DNA of 64,000 bases, from NCBI GenBank assembly GCA_964555465.1, contig CAZKSR010000001.1, positions 39,354 to 103,353 of the forward strand, written 5' to 3'. The notes below the pieces were generated by a model. That model searched no databases. It was not told where the DNA came from and worked only from the letters and a program-made list of their open reading frames with translations. Origin of the DNA: an uncultured Oscillospiraceae bacterium. Lineage in GTDB: Bacteria > Bacillota > Clostridia > Oscillospirales > Oscillospiraceae. The translations under genes were made by a program, and so were the position numbers. The first letter of the stretch is position 1. Every line of letters starts with the position of its first letter. Shown piece by piece: positions 19,161-28,192 of this stretch.

Positions 19161-20192
19161 ATGTTATTTTTCTCCAGGGACCTCGGCATTGACCTCGGAA
19201 CCTCCAATATTCTGATCTATGCCGCCGGAAAGGGAATCCTTCTTCGGGAGCCGTCCGTCATTGCGCTCGACAAAAACACGGGAAAGGTATTGCAGGTCGG
19301 TGCGGCTGCACGGAATATGCTGGGCAGAACGCCCGGAAATGTCGTGGCCGTCCATCCTCTGCAGGACGGCGTCATCTCCGACTATGAGCTGACGGCAAAA
19401 ATGCTGACGGTTCTTCTTAAACGGGTGGTCAAGCACGCTGTCATCAAGCCCCGTATCATTGTCAGCGTTCCCAGCGGCATTACCGAGGTGGAGGAACGTG
19501 CCGTCATTCAGGCGGCTATGGAGGCCGGCGCACGTCGGGTCTACATGATCGAAGAGCCGTTGGCCGCCGCTCTGGGCGCGCAGATGGACATCTCCGGCGC
19601 CGAGGGTAAAATGGTCGTCGACATCGGCGGCGGCACGACGGATATCGGCGTCGTCACCATGAACGGCTTGGCACAGTCGGCATCCCTGAAGGTAGCCGGA
19701 GTCGCCTTTGATGAGGCCATCATCCGCTTCGTCCGCAGACGGCACGGCCTCGTGATCGGAGCCAATACCGCCGAGGAGGTCAAGATGAACATCGGCTCGG
19801 TCTGGCCTCGCGCGGAGGAGGTTTCCATGCCGATCAAGGGGCGCGACCTCAAAACCGGTCTTGCTCGGCAGATCGTCCTGACCGCCGAGGAGACAATGGA
19901 GGCATTCAAGCGGCCTGCCCGTCAGATCACGGACGAGGTGCTGACGGTGCTCGAGCAGACCTCGCCGGAGCTGGTGGCGGACATCGCGAAGAACGGCATC
20001 GTCCTCACCGGCGGCGCAAGCCAGATCTACGGCATGGACAAGCTGATCCAGGAGCGCACCGAGATGCGCTGCGTTCTGGCCGATGATGCGGATTCCTGCG
20101 TGGCCTACGGCTGCGGCAAGAGCCTTGCGTGGATGAACCATATGCAGGAGGGTACCATCAACATCGCCCGAAAGCGACTTTTGAAGGAATGA
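19161..20192 (+). CDS. mreB: rod shape-determining protein (MreB/Mbl family)
   Basis: GIDLGTSN, ITEVEERAV, IEEPLAAA, DIGGGTTD, LTGG. Which paralog it is remains uncertain. Confidence 0.88.
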   Translation: MLFFSRDLGIDLGTSNILIYAAGKGILLREPSVIALDKNTGKVLQVGAAARNMLGRTPGNVVAVHPLQDGVISDYELTAKMLTVLLKRVVKHAVIKPRIIVSVPSGITEVEERAVIQAAMEAGARRVYMIEEPLAAALGAQMDISGAEGKMVVDIGGGTTDIGVVTMNGLAQSASLKVAGVAFDEAIIRFVRRRHGLVIGANTAEEVKMNIGSVWPRAEEVSMPIKGRDLKTGLARQIVLTAEETMEAFKRPARQITDEVLTVLEQTSPELVADIAKNGIVLTGGASQIYGMDKLIQERTEMRCVLADDADSCVAYGCGKSLAWMNHMQEGTINIARKRLLKE

Positions 20193-20194
20193 GA

Positions 20195-20229
20195 AAAGGG
20201 GACTGCTGCGGTTTGCGGCAGTCCCCTTC
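20195..20229. terminator. terminator hairpin between convergent genes
   Basis: aaggggactgc...gcagtcccctt inverted repeat. Confidence 0.6.
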
Positions 20230-20244
20230 GCTTGCGCGATGGAA

Positions 20245-20511
20245 TCACTTTTGCTCGAGCTTTTCCCGAATGGTCTGAACATTGTTCAGAAGCTGGATGA
20301 TGAGCATATTCAATACGAGCTGAACGAATGCAAGCAGCACGCCGCCGAGCAGACACACCAGGCCGATTCCGGCATCCTCCGAAACCTCTGCGAGGAACAG
20401 GACGGAACCTGCTGCGATGTAGAGCCAGAACATCACCATCGTGAATACCTTCAGAATTTTGATCCATCTTCCGCTTCTTTCATCGAACAATCCGCTTTTT
20501 TTACCAATCAT
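20245..20511 (-). CDS. small hypothetical membrane protein (2 TM)
   Basis: AAAGGAG RBS; two hydrophobic helices and the tail NNVQTIREKLE. Confidence 0.7.
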   Translation of the reverse strand: MIGKKSGLFDERSGRWIKILKVFTMVMFWLYIAAGSVLFLAEVSEDAGIGLVCLLGGVLLAFVQLVLNMLIIQLLNNVQTIREKLEQK

Positions 20512-20568
20512 TGCTTTTTACTCCTTTCGTATACTGATTTTGATATCCGTCGATGATCACGTGTCTAT

Positions 20569-20592
20569 TATATATATATATATATATATATA
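20569..20592. repeat. (TA)12 simple sequence repeat in a promoter spacer
   Basis: 12 perfect TA units between minus-strand TTGCCT (20594-20599) and TATAAT (20567-20572). Confidence 0.9.
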
Positions 20593-20711
20593 CAGGCAAT
20601 GATTTTTTGCATAAAGAAATCATTTTCTGCATTTTATACAAATAATTATGTTAGCAGTTGTGCGAATTGACAATAACAGAACAGAATATGTGCGCACAAT
20701 ACGCCGCCGAG

Positions 20712-20768
20712 AGCGGAGCCTCGATAGAAATAAACCGAACCGCCTCGTTTCGAGACGGTTCGGTTTTT
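20712..20768. terminator. intrinsic terminator-like hairpin downstream of degV
   Basis: aaaccgaaccg...cggttcggtttt inverted repeat (about 20732-20768). Confidence 0.6.
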
Positions 20769-20901
20769 GAGAAGCTCCGTTGATCCGTGTTCTCAGAGCG
20801 CGAAAGGTACGATTCCGCACGGTAGCGTTCCTCGCAGGCTCGCTCGGAATGAATGCTGCCGGGCGCTTGTGCTTTTCGGAATGCCGCTGTTCGGGAACCG
20901 A

Positions 20902-21774
20902 TCAGCGGTGGGTGCCGAGGAAGAAGAGTGCGATGGTGCCGGGGCCGGAGTGTGCGCCGATGACGGGGCCGACGTGGTGGATGATGACATCCTTCACGCC
21001 GAATTCCTTCTTCACCATTGCCGCCAGCTCCTGCGCGTCCTCCAAGCAATCGCCGTGAGAGATGAACGGAATCTGCTCGGACGGGTTAATGGCAGTGGCC
21101 TTCATCTGCTCGACCATGGCGGCGAAGGACTTCTTGCGGCCGCGCGCCTTTGAGACGCTGATGAGGTGTCCCTCGTCGTCAACGTGCATAACGGGCTTGA
21201 TGCCGAGGGCGGAGCCGACCAGGGCGGTGGCTGCGCTGATGCGGCCGCCACGCTTCAGGAAGAAGAGATCGTCGACCGTAAACCAGTGGCAAAGGTGGAG
21301 CTTGTTTTCCTCTGCAAAGGCGGCGGCTTCTTCGATGGTTGCGCCCTGAAGACGCTTTTTCGCCGTCAGATAAACCAGCATCCCCTGACCTAAGGAGGCA
21401 CAAAGGGTATCCACGCACAGAAGCTTCCGCTCGGGGAATTCCTCGGCCAGCTCCTGCGCCGCAATGTGGCCTGCGCTGTAGGTGCTGCTCAGACCGGAGG
21501 AAAAGCCGAGGTAAAGAATATCCCGACCGGCCTGAAGGTGGGGCAGAAATGCCTGACGGAAGGTTTCAACATTGACGGCCGAGGTGGTCACATGGCTGCC
21601 CGAACGAAGCTTGTCATAAAACTCGCGGAAGGAGAGCGTGCCTCCGTCGGGCAGATTTTCGTAAGTCGTTCCGTCAAGCAAATAGGTCAGCGGCAGGGGA
21701 GAGATATCCAGCTCCCTGTAAAGCTCCGCGGGAAGGTCTGCGGAGGAATCGGTCAAAAGTATGTAGTCGCTCAT
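20902..21774 (-). CDS. DegV family fatty acid-binding protein (FakB-like)
   Basis: TDSSADLP, TTSA, SSGLSSTY, GGRIS, IKP, GPVIGAHSGPG. Confidence 0.93.
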   Translation of the reverse strand: MSDYILLTDSSADLPAELYRELDISPLPLTYLLDGTTYENLPDGGTLSFREFYDKLRSGSHVTTSAVNVETFRQAFLPHLQAGRDILYLGFSSGLSSTYSAGHIAAQELAEEFPERKLLCVDTLCASLGQGMLVYLTAKKRLQGATIEEAAAFAEENKLHLCHWFTVDDLFFLKRGGRISAATALVGSALGIKPVMHVDDEGHLISVSKARGRKKSFAAMVEQMKATAINPSEQIPFISHGDCLEDAQELAAMVKKEFGVKDVIIHHVGPVIGAHSGPGTIALFFLGTHR

Positions 21775-22403
21775 TTCTCTTTCTCCTTTTTCCGGACATA
21801 ATAGACGATCATTCTCGCCGTTTCGCGAAGAATGTCGAATTGAGTGTTTTCATCGATCATCATGCAGTAGTGCACGCCGCCTGTGAGCAGATTCGTCAGT
21901 GTGCGGCTGACGGCGAGAAGGTCGATCTCGTCACGGACGGAGCCGTCGGCAACGCCCCTTTGCAGGGCTTCGAAGGCCGGCTTTTGCAAATGCGAGCCCT
22001 GCACCCCGAAATGAAGGTACTCGACCTCGTCCGTCAGACCCTCACGCAGGGAATAGGCGGTCATTTCCTGCAAAAAGCGGACATATTCGGGATGCGCCTT
22101 GAAGGTGTCGATATAGGCGAAGACAATGCGTGAAAATGCGTCAAATCCGCTCTCGTTGGGCGTTTTTTCGGCCTCACAGCGGCGCATATGCTCGTCCAAA
22201 TAGTCCTTGAGTCGGGCGTTGGCCACGCTGACGATGATGGCCTGCTTGCTGCCGAAATAGCGGTAGACCGACATTGCCGTCAAGCCGCTGGCCTCCGCGA
22301 TCTCTGCGATGGAGGCACTGTCGATGCCACGAGTCATGACGATGTCGATGGCGGCGCGGAGAATCGTCTCCCGATTGCGCTGCCGCTCTTCTGCGCGGGT
22401 CAT
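21771..22403 (-). CDS. TetR/AcrR family transcriptional regulator
   Basis: N-terminal HTH SIAEIAEASGLTAMSVYRYFGSK; GAGGAGG RBS. Confidence 0.92.
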   Translation of the reverse strand: MTRAEERQRNRETILRAAIDIVMTRGIDSASIAEIAEASGLTAMSVYRYFGSKQAIIVSVANARLKDYLDEHMRRCEAEKTPNESGFDAFSRIVFAYIDTFKAHPEYVRFLQEMTAYSLREGLTDEVEYLHFGVQGSHLQKPAFEALQRGVADGSVRDEIDLLAVSRTLTNLLTGGVHYCMMIDENTQFDILRETARMIVYYVRKKEKEK

Positions 22404-22424
22404 AGCTCCCCCCCTCCTCTCGTT

Positions 22425-22462
22425 TCTGTTATAGATTATAACAGATAAAAACGATTTGTCAA
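22425..22462 (-). promoter_or_regulatory. sigma-A promoter with an overlapping palindromic operator
   Basis: TTGACA-16 nt-TATAAT; perfect inverted repeat TCTGTTATA-gat-TATAACAGA (22425-22445) over the -10. Confidence 0.75.
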
Positions 22463-22527
22463 CAATAAAAATGCAGCCGCCGAAGCGACTGCATGAATAT
22501 GTGCGCAAAAGCAAGACAGAAGCACTG

Positions 22528-23238
22528 TCAGAAAACGACTGCGGTGAGAAGCGTGAGAATCGGCTGATGGAGCAAATAGATCAGCAGGGAATTCCTTCCG
22601 CAGAAGCGGAAAAAGCGCAGGAGGAAGAAATCGCTGTTGACACGGGGCAGGAGAGAGGCCTTTTTGCGGTAGACCGTCTTTCCCAGACCGGCACCGATCA
22701 AAAACCAGCCGAGTCCGGGGAAGATCGGGAAGTAATCACTGCCGCAGTAGAATCTGCCGGAGCGCAGGCCGATGGGGAAGAAATAGTCCACGGAAACCGT
22801 GACGGTCTGCAACCAAAACCCCAACGCAGTGAAGGCAAGGCCGATGAGCAGGAGCGACCAACCGGGCAGACGCTTGAAGAGGGGATAGACCACCATGCAC
22901 ACGCCGAGCATATGCAGGATGCCGAACCAGATGCGGATATTCCGGATGCCGACGACATAGTCCATGAATATCGTGACATAGGTGACAAGCAGGGCACAGC
23001 AGAGCACCTTCACGCCTCGCCGGAAGCTGTGCGAGCCAAGCGTTGCGCAGATGCCGGAGATGAGAACGAAAAGGACGTGGCCATAGCTGCGGACAAAGAC
23101 GAACCAGCTCGGCAGCTCGATTTGCACGGAGCCGAAGGTGTTCAGATCAAAGAAGAGATGCACCACGATCATACCGATCAGGCAGATGCCGCGCAAGGCG
23201 TCCAGCTCCCAAACACGCGGCCTTTTCGTCTCAGCCAT
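22528..23238 (-). CDS. DUF1624 / HGSNAT-like membrane acyltransferase
   Basis: ELDALRG...H...D, FGILH, SDYFPIFP, GRNSLLIYLLHQP. Confidence 0.85.
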   Translation of the reverse strand: MAETKRPRVWELDALRGICLIGMIVVHLFFDLNTFGSVQIELPSWFVFVRSYGHVLFVLISGICATLGSHSFRRGVKVLCCALLVTYVTIFMDYVVGIRNIRIWFGILHMLGVCMVVYPLFKRLPGWSLLLIGLAFTALGFWLQTVTVSVDYFFPIGLRSGRFYCGSDYFPIFPGLGWFLIGAGLGKTVYRKKASLLPRVNSDFFLLRFFRFCGRNSLLIYLLHQPILTLLTAVVF

Positions 23239-24940
23239 TCTTTGCGGCCTCTTCTTCCTCAAGCACGCGATAGGCGACCTTGCCGACGAGCGTTTTCGGC
23301 AGATCCTCACGGAACTCGATTTCCTTCGGCATGGCGTATTTGGCAATGTGTTCACGGCAGTATGCCAGAAGCTCCTTGCGGATCGCCTCGGACGGCTGAT
23401 ATTCCGGACGCAGGACGACAAAGGCCTTGACGCGCTGCATTTTATAGGAATCCTTGACGCCGATGACGCAGGAGATCAGCACCTTTTCGTGCCCGTCGAT
23501 GATGTTTTCGAGCTGGCTGGGGTAGACATTGTAGCCGCTGGTGATAATCATGCGCTTGATGCGCTGCTTGAAATAGACGAAGCCGTCGGTGTCCATGCTG
23601 CCGAGGTCGCCCGTGTGCAGCCAGATGCGGTTGTCGCTGTGACGCTTGAGCGTGTCGGCAGTCTCCTGCGGCTGGTCGAGGTAGCCGAGCATGACGGTCG
23701 GGCCGCTCAGACAGATCTCGCCCTCTTCGCCGGGCTGTGCTTCTTCGCAGGTTCCGACCTTGACAATTTTATAGTAAGTATCGGGGAAGGGAACGCCGAT
23801 GGAGCCTTCCCGCGCCGTGCCGATGGGGGTCAGGCAGCTTGCCGTGACGCACTCGGTCGTGCCGTAGCCCTCGCGAATTTCAACGGGAGAGTTGTGCTCC
23901 TTAAGGAAGAAATCGACCTTCTGCTTCAGCTCGACAGAGAGGCTGTCTCCGCCGGAGAAGACGCCGCGGAGGAAGGACAGGTCGGCGTCCTTGAGCTTGT
24001 CGGCGCGAAGGAGCGCTTCAAAGAGGGTGGGAACGCCGGCAATAATATTCGGCTTCTTTTTGATGAGAAGGTTGGCGTAGGTTTTGACCGTGAAGTTCGG
24101 CACAAGGATGCACTTTGCGGCGCCGACGAGGGCGGTATGGATGCCGATGCCGAGGCCGAAGCCGTGGAAAACGGGCATCACGGAGAGCATCTTCATACCG
24201 ATGATGTTGTCATAGCCGCTGGCGGCGATGGTTTGCAGAGCGAGTGCGTTAAAATTCAGGCTGGAAAGGCAGATGCCCTTGGTCGTTCCGGTGGTGCCGC
24301 CGGAATAGAGGATGGCGGCGCAGTCGTCGGCCTTGGTCGAGTCGGACGGCAGCTCGCCGGAAGCGTTTTTCATCAGATCCGTCCAGAGAACGTAGGAATC
24401 GTCGTTCGGCAGCTTCGGGAATTTCTTCGCCTCGGTCAGATTGTAGCCCAGACGGGTGAGCAACGGAAGCTCCGGCTGGAACTGCGCAATGAAGAGCGTG
24501 GGCTTGCACTCGGACTGCTCGATGGCGGAGTGCACCTTTTCATAGAAGCGGTCGAGGGTCAAGATGGCCTTGCTCTTGGAAATGTTGAGGTAAAAGACGA
24601 TCTCCTGCTTGGCAGACAGGGGATGAATCATGTTGGAGATCGCACCGATGCGGTTGAGGGCATAGAAGCACTCCAATGCCTGCGGTGAATTGGGCATACA
24701 GATCGTGACGCGGTCGCCGCGGCGGATGCCGAAGCGATAGAGTGCAAGGGCAGTCTTCTCCAAACGGGCGGCGAAATCACGGTACGAGGTCTGCTTGCCC
24801 AAAAATTCCATGGCAGGCAGATCGGGATGCTCACGCGCCGTCTGCATGACGAGCTGGTACATAGTTTTTTTCGGATAATCGATGTGATGCGGAGTCTTGC
24901 CGTAAAAATTCCGCCACGGTGCAGTCGAAGAAATGGCCAT
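23231..24940 (-). CDS. long-chain fatty acid--CoA ligase (class I adenylate-forming enzyme)
   Basis: YSGGTTGTTKG, EGYGTTE, GEI, WLHTGDLG, LPKTLVGK. Confidence 0.9.
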   Translation of the reverse strand: MAISSTAPWRNFYGKTPHHIDYPKKTMYQLVMQTAREHPDLPAMEFLGKQTSYRDFAARLEKTALALYRFGIRRGDRVTICMPNSPQALECFYALNRIGAISNMIHPLSAKQEIVFYLNISKSKAILTLDRFYEKVHSAIEQSECKPTLFIAQFQPELPLLTRLGYNLTEAKKFPKLPNDDSYVLWTDLMKNASGELPSDSTKADDCAAILYSGGTTGTTKGICLSSLNFNALALQTIAASGYDNIIGMKMLSVMPVFHGFGLGIGIHTALVGAAKCILVPNFTVKTYANLLIKKKPNIIAGVPTLFEALLRADKLKDADLSFLRGVFSGGDSLSVELKQKVDFFLKEHNSPVEIREGYGTTECVTASCLTPIGTAREGSIGVPFPDTYYKIVKVGTCEEAQPGEEGEICLSGPTVMLGYLDQPQETADTLKRHSDNRIWLHTGDLGSMDTDGFVYFKQRIKRMIITSGYNVYPSQLENIIDGHEKVLISCVIGVKDSYKMQRVKAFVVLRPEYQPSEAIRKELLAYCREHIAKYAMPKEIEFREDLPKTLVGKVAYRVLEEEEAAKNG

Positions 24941-25174
24941 AGTTGCCTCCTAGAGATGAGTTAGAATCATTATAACAATTTTTTTACGAAAAAGAAATGG
25001 ACATTTTTCGAAAATTGTCAAGTTTTTGCGGCGCAAAAGCCGAGCTCCGCACGACAAAAGGGCTTGCCGCCTGCATTACACAGACAACAAGCCCTATTGG
25101 CTGCCTGAACAATTTTAGTTAGAAATATTTGACTAACTTTTTGGGGTCACTTCATTTGTCACGGGCGGAGCTTT

Positions 25175-25363
25175 TCAGGTTCTTCTCAAAAATATTTCTC
25201 CGCATTTGCGGCAGACGACCTTGGTTTGCCCGTTGCGAATGGGGACGGCTTGGACGGCTCGGCAGGTGGGGCAGCGGAAGTATCGTTTTTTGGGGCCGTA
25301 GCGCAGACGGTCACCGAAGCCCTCTCGCCGCTTGCGCCAGAAATCCCGAAATCGCTGCTTCAT
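25175..25363 (-). CDS. small zinc-ribbon protein
   Basis: CPTC...CRKC, basic; the start overlaps the stop of the upstream gene (ATGA). Confidence 0.65.
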   Translation of the reverse strand: MKQRFRDFWRKRREGFGDRLRYGPKKRYFRCPTCRAVQAVPIRNGQTKVVCRKCGEIFLRRT

Positions 25364-25971
25364 GATGCTCGCCTCTCTTCACGGGCGGTCTTGAGGATGC
25401 GAGTGAAATAGAGGAAATATTTCGCAAAAGACAGGGCGATCAACGAGACGATCAAAATGCCGTCGACCAAAACGAAGGAGTCGGGGACGGGACTGCCCGA
25501 GATGACCTCCCACAGGATCAGTGTGGCCATGGACAGATAGATGACGACCGTGCAAAGCTTGCCGTACCAACCGGCACTGTAGACACTGTGCGTTTTGTGC
25601 AGAGCCATGAGCGTCAGGATGCCGATGACCAGCTCCTTGACGACCAGCGCGGCGATGACCCACCAATATTGGCTGTCCAGCAGGCACAGAAGCACGACGA
25701 GCTGGGTCAGCTTGTCCGCAACGGGGTCAATGGCCTTGCCGAAATCGGAAACCAGATGGAAGGAGCGGGCGATCCATCCGTCGACCACATCGGTCAAGCC
25801 GGACAGAGCCAGCGTCCCGAAGGCCCACCACGGGTGTCCGCCTTCATACAAAATAACAATCACGGGGATCAGCAGCAGTCGGAAAAAGCTGAGCAAATTC
25901 GGCAGCGTCAAAATGCGGTCGGTATCCGCTCTTTGCGCCCGTTCGACCCGTGCCCGTTCTTCATCGCTCAT
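25360..25971 (-). CDS. CDP-alcohol phosphatidyltransferase family protein (PgsA/Cls-like)
   Basis: PNLLSFFR and DVVDGWIAR-x7-G-x3-DPVADK signature; GGAGG RBS. Confidence 0.92.
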   Translation of the reverse strand: MSDEERARVERAQRADTDRILTLPNLLSFFRLLLIPVIVILYEGGHPWWAFGTLALSGLTDVVDGWIARSFHLVSDFGKAIDPVADKLTQLVVLLCLLDSQYWWVIAALVVKELVIGILTLMALHKTHSVYSAGWYGKLCTVVIYLSMATLILWEVISGSPVPDSFVLVDGILIVSLIALSFAKYFLYFTRILKTAREERRAS

Positions 25972-26014
25972 ACGATCGCCTCCATAAACCAAGTATATCC
26001 CATAGAATACCAAA

Positions 26015-26058
26015 ATTATAAGTCCCAAACATCAACCCAACATCAATTTCGAATGAAT
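26015..26058 (-). promoter_or_regulatory. OmpR-family direct-repeat binding site next to a -10 element
   Basis: ATTCATTCG-aa-ATTGATGTT-gg-GTTGATGTT (11-nt period), 7 nt upstream of TATAAT. Confidence 0.5.
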
Positions 26059-26117
26059 TTTTTTCTTCCCTTCCTCAGATTGTTATGGTATACTGATGGA
26101 AGAAAGGGGGCTGTGCC

Positions 26118-26795
26118 GTGTTTCACATTTTGGTAGCCGAGGATGATGGGGAGCTTCGGCAGCTTTTTTGTCGGGTTTTGACCCGTAACGGCTTTTCCGC
26201 CGTCGGGGTGACGGACGGGCAGGCTGCGCTCGATGCCATGGAGCACAACTCCATCGACCTCATCGTCTCTGACATTATGATGCCCCGTGTCGACGGCTTT
26301 GCGCTCGTTCGGGCACTGCGTGATGCAGGAAACACCGTGCCGGTGCTGATGATCACCGCCCGTGACGGCTTTTCGGATATGCAGTCGGGCTTTTTGGCCG
26401 GTGCGGACGACTATCTGGTCAAGCCGGTCAATGTCAACGAGCTGATCCTGCGCATCCAAGCCCTGCTGCGGCGCGCGAGGATGGTTTCCGAACGGCGGCA
26501 GCAATTGGGGCAGACCGTCTTTGACTATGAGTCCTTTTCCGTCCGCTGCGGCGCGAGAGAGCAGATCCTGCCGCAGAAGGAATTCTTGCTTCTGTATAAG
26601 CTCGTTTCGTCCCCGTCGCACATTTTCACGCGGCAGCAGTTGATGGACGATATTTGGGGGCCGGATTCTCAGACGGAGGCTCGGACGATCGATGTACATA
26701 TCAACCGCCTGCGTGACCGCTTCCGTGATAATCCGGATTTTGAAATCGTGACGGTGCGCGGCATCGGGTATAAGGCGGTGAGCCGACATGGATAA
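26118..26795 (+). CDS. OmpR-family response regulator (HssR-like)
   Basis: EDD, DIMMP, KP, winged helix RTIDVHINRLR...RGIGY. Confidence 0.93.
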   Translation: MFHILVAEDDGELRQLFCRVLTRNGFSAVGVTDGQAALDAMEHNSIDLIVSDIMMPRVDGFALVRALRDAGNTVPVLMITARDGFSDMQSGFLAGADDYLVKPVNVNELILRIQALLRRARMVSERRQQLGQTVFDYESFSVRCGAREQILPQKEFLLLYKLVSSPSHIFTRQQLMDDIWGPDSQTEARTIDVHINRLRDRFRDNPDFEIVTVRGIGYKAVSRHG

Positions 26796-27816
26796 AAAAT
26801 ATTCCCCCCGAATGAGGGCATATTACTGGTTGATTTTGGGCTTCATCGTCCTGTTCTCCTTCCTCGCTGTGGCGGCAGGAATGTTTACGCTCCAGCAGCT
26901 TCACCTCATCCACAGGCTCAGCGTGTCTACCCTCGTCTCGCTTCTGGCCGTTGCCATCGTGACCATCGCCCTGACGAGCTACTTCCTCGGCCAGCGCATT
27001 TTGGCACCCATGGTCAAGCTGAGCAGCGCCTCGAAGGAAATCGCAAAGGGCAATTATAATGTGACGGTAGAGGATTCCAGTAAGCTCGAAGAGGTGCAGA
27101 CCACCTTCCGCAATTTTAACGCCATGGTGCGCCAGCTCGACAGCGTGACGACCCTCAGCAACGACTTTGTTGCCAATGTCTCGCACGAATTCAAGACGCC
27201 CCTGACGGCCATTGAGGGCTACGCGATGCTTTTGCAGGATCAGACCCTTCCGGAGAAGGAACGAGAGGAATATGTCGAAAAGATCCTGCTCAACACGCAC
27301 CGCCTGACTACGCTGGTCGGCAATGTTCTGACCCTTTCGAAGATCGAAAGCTCCCAGCTTGCGCCGCAGTACACCGAGTTTCGTCTGGACGAGCAAATTC
27401 GTCAGGCGGTCGTCCTGCTGGAGCCGCAGTGGAGCAAGCGAGAGATCGTGATCGACGCCGAGCTTGCGGAGATTCGCGTTAATTCCTGCGAAAGCCTGCT
27501 GCACCATGTCTGGTCGAATCTTTTGTCGAACGCCGTCAAATTCAGCGCGGTCGGCGGAAAAATTTCCCTTTGTCTGCAAGAGCAAAAGGAGTGCGTGGTG
27601 TTCACCGTTCGGGACGAGGGCTGCGGCATCTCAAAGGAGACGCAGGCGCACATCTTCGACAAATTCTATCAGGCCGATCCCTCCCACAGGAGCGAGGGGA
27701 ACGGGCTGGGGCTGGCGATGGTCAAGCGCATCGTCGACCTTCTCGACGGGATCATCGAGGTCGAGAGCGAAGAGGGAAACGGTGCCCTCTTCCGTGTCAT
27801 TTTACCGAAAAATTAA
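26788..27816 (+). CDS. HAMP sensor histidine kinase (HssS-like, intramembrane sensing)
   Basis: Two closely spaced TMs, HAMP, SHEFKTPL, NLLSNAVKF, GNGLGL. Confidence 0.93.
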   Translation: MDKKYSPRMRAYYWLILGFIVLFSFLAVAAGMFTLQQLHLIHRLSVSTLVSLLAVAIVTIALTSYFLGQRILAPMVKLSSASKEIAKGNYNVTVEDSSKLEEVQTTFRNFNAMVRQLDSVTTLSNDFVANVSHEFKTPLTAIEGYAMLLQDQTLPEKEREEYVEKILLNTHRLTTLVGNVLTLSKIESSQLAPQYTEFRLDEQIRQAVVLLEPQWSKREIVIDAELAEIRVNSCESLLHHVWSNLLSNAVKFSAVGGKISLCLQEQKECVVFTVRDEGCGISKETQAHIFDKFYQADPSHRSEGNGLGLAMVKRIVDLLDGIIEVESEEGNGALFRVILPKN

Positions 27817-27860
27817 CATCGCCGCCTCGTCGGAAGCTGTACGACGAGGCGGCGTTTTTC

Positions 27861-28073
27861 TCAAAAAAGCGGACGAAAGCGAGGAACCTGCTCGCCGTCA
27901 ACGGTGACAAGCTCCGACCACATGGAAGCAGGACGCACCCAAAGGCTGTGATCGCCGTAGAGCGTGCGGTAGACGACCATCTCTTCCTCCGTTTCCGAGT
28001 GTCGGGCGAGGAAGAGAACCTCATAGTCCCTGCCTTTGTAATGACGATATTTTCCGGGCAGAATTTCCATCAT
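27861..28073 (-). CDS. DUF1653 domain protein
   Basis: GKYRHYKG.Y, HSETEEEMVVYR.LYG, WVRP, RF. Confidence 0.9.
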   Translation of the reverse strand: MMEILPGKYRHYKGRDYEVLFLARHSETEEEMVVYRTLYGDHSLWVRPASMWSELVTVDGEQVPRFRPLF

Positions 28074-28192
28074 AAAAACCTCCTTTTTCTACACAATAGC
28101 AGATTCTCCGCAGAATTGCAAGACAAAAAAACGGGACTTCCCTTTTCGGCAAAAATATGGTATCATATTGGCCGGAAACGGAGGATTTCTCA

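Noticed and set aside
22408..22414. C7/G7 tract in the tetR RBS as a phase-variation site
   Set aside because: Seven bases is short and compatible with a purine-rich SD region.
20684..22507. 13-bp direct repeat GAATATGTGCGCA flanking tetR-degV
   Set aside because: Tens of 13-mer matches are expected by chance in 64 kb, and no recombinase or transposase is nearby.
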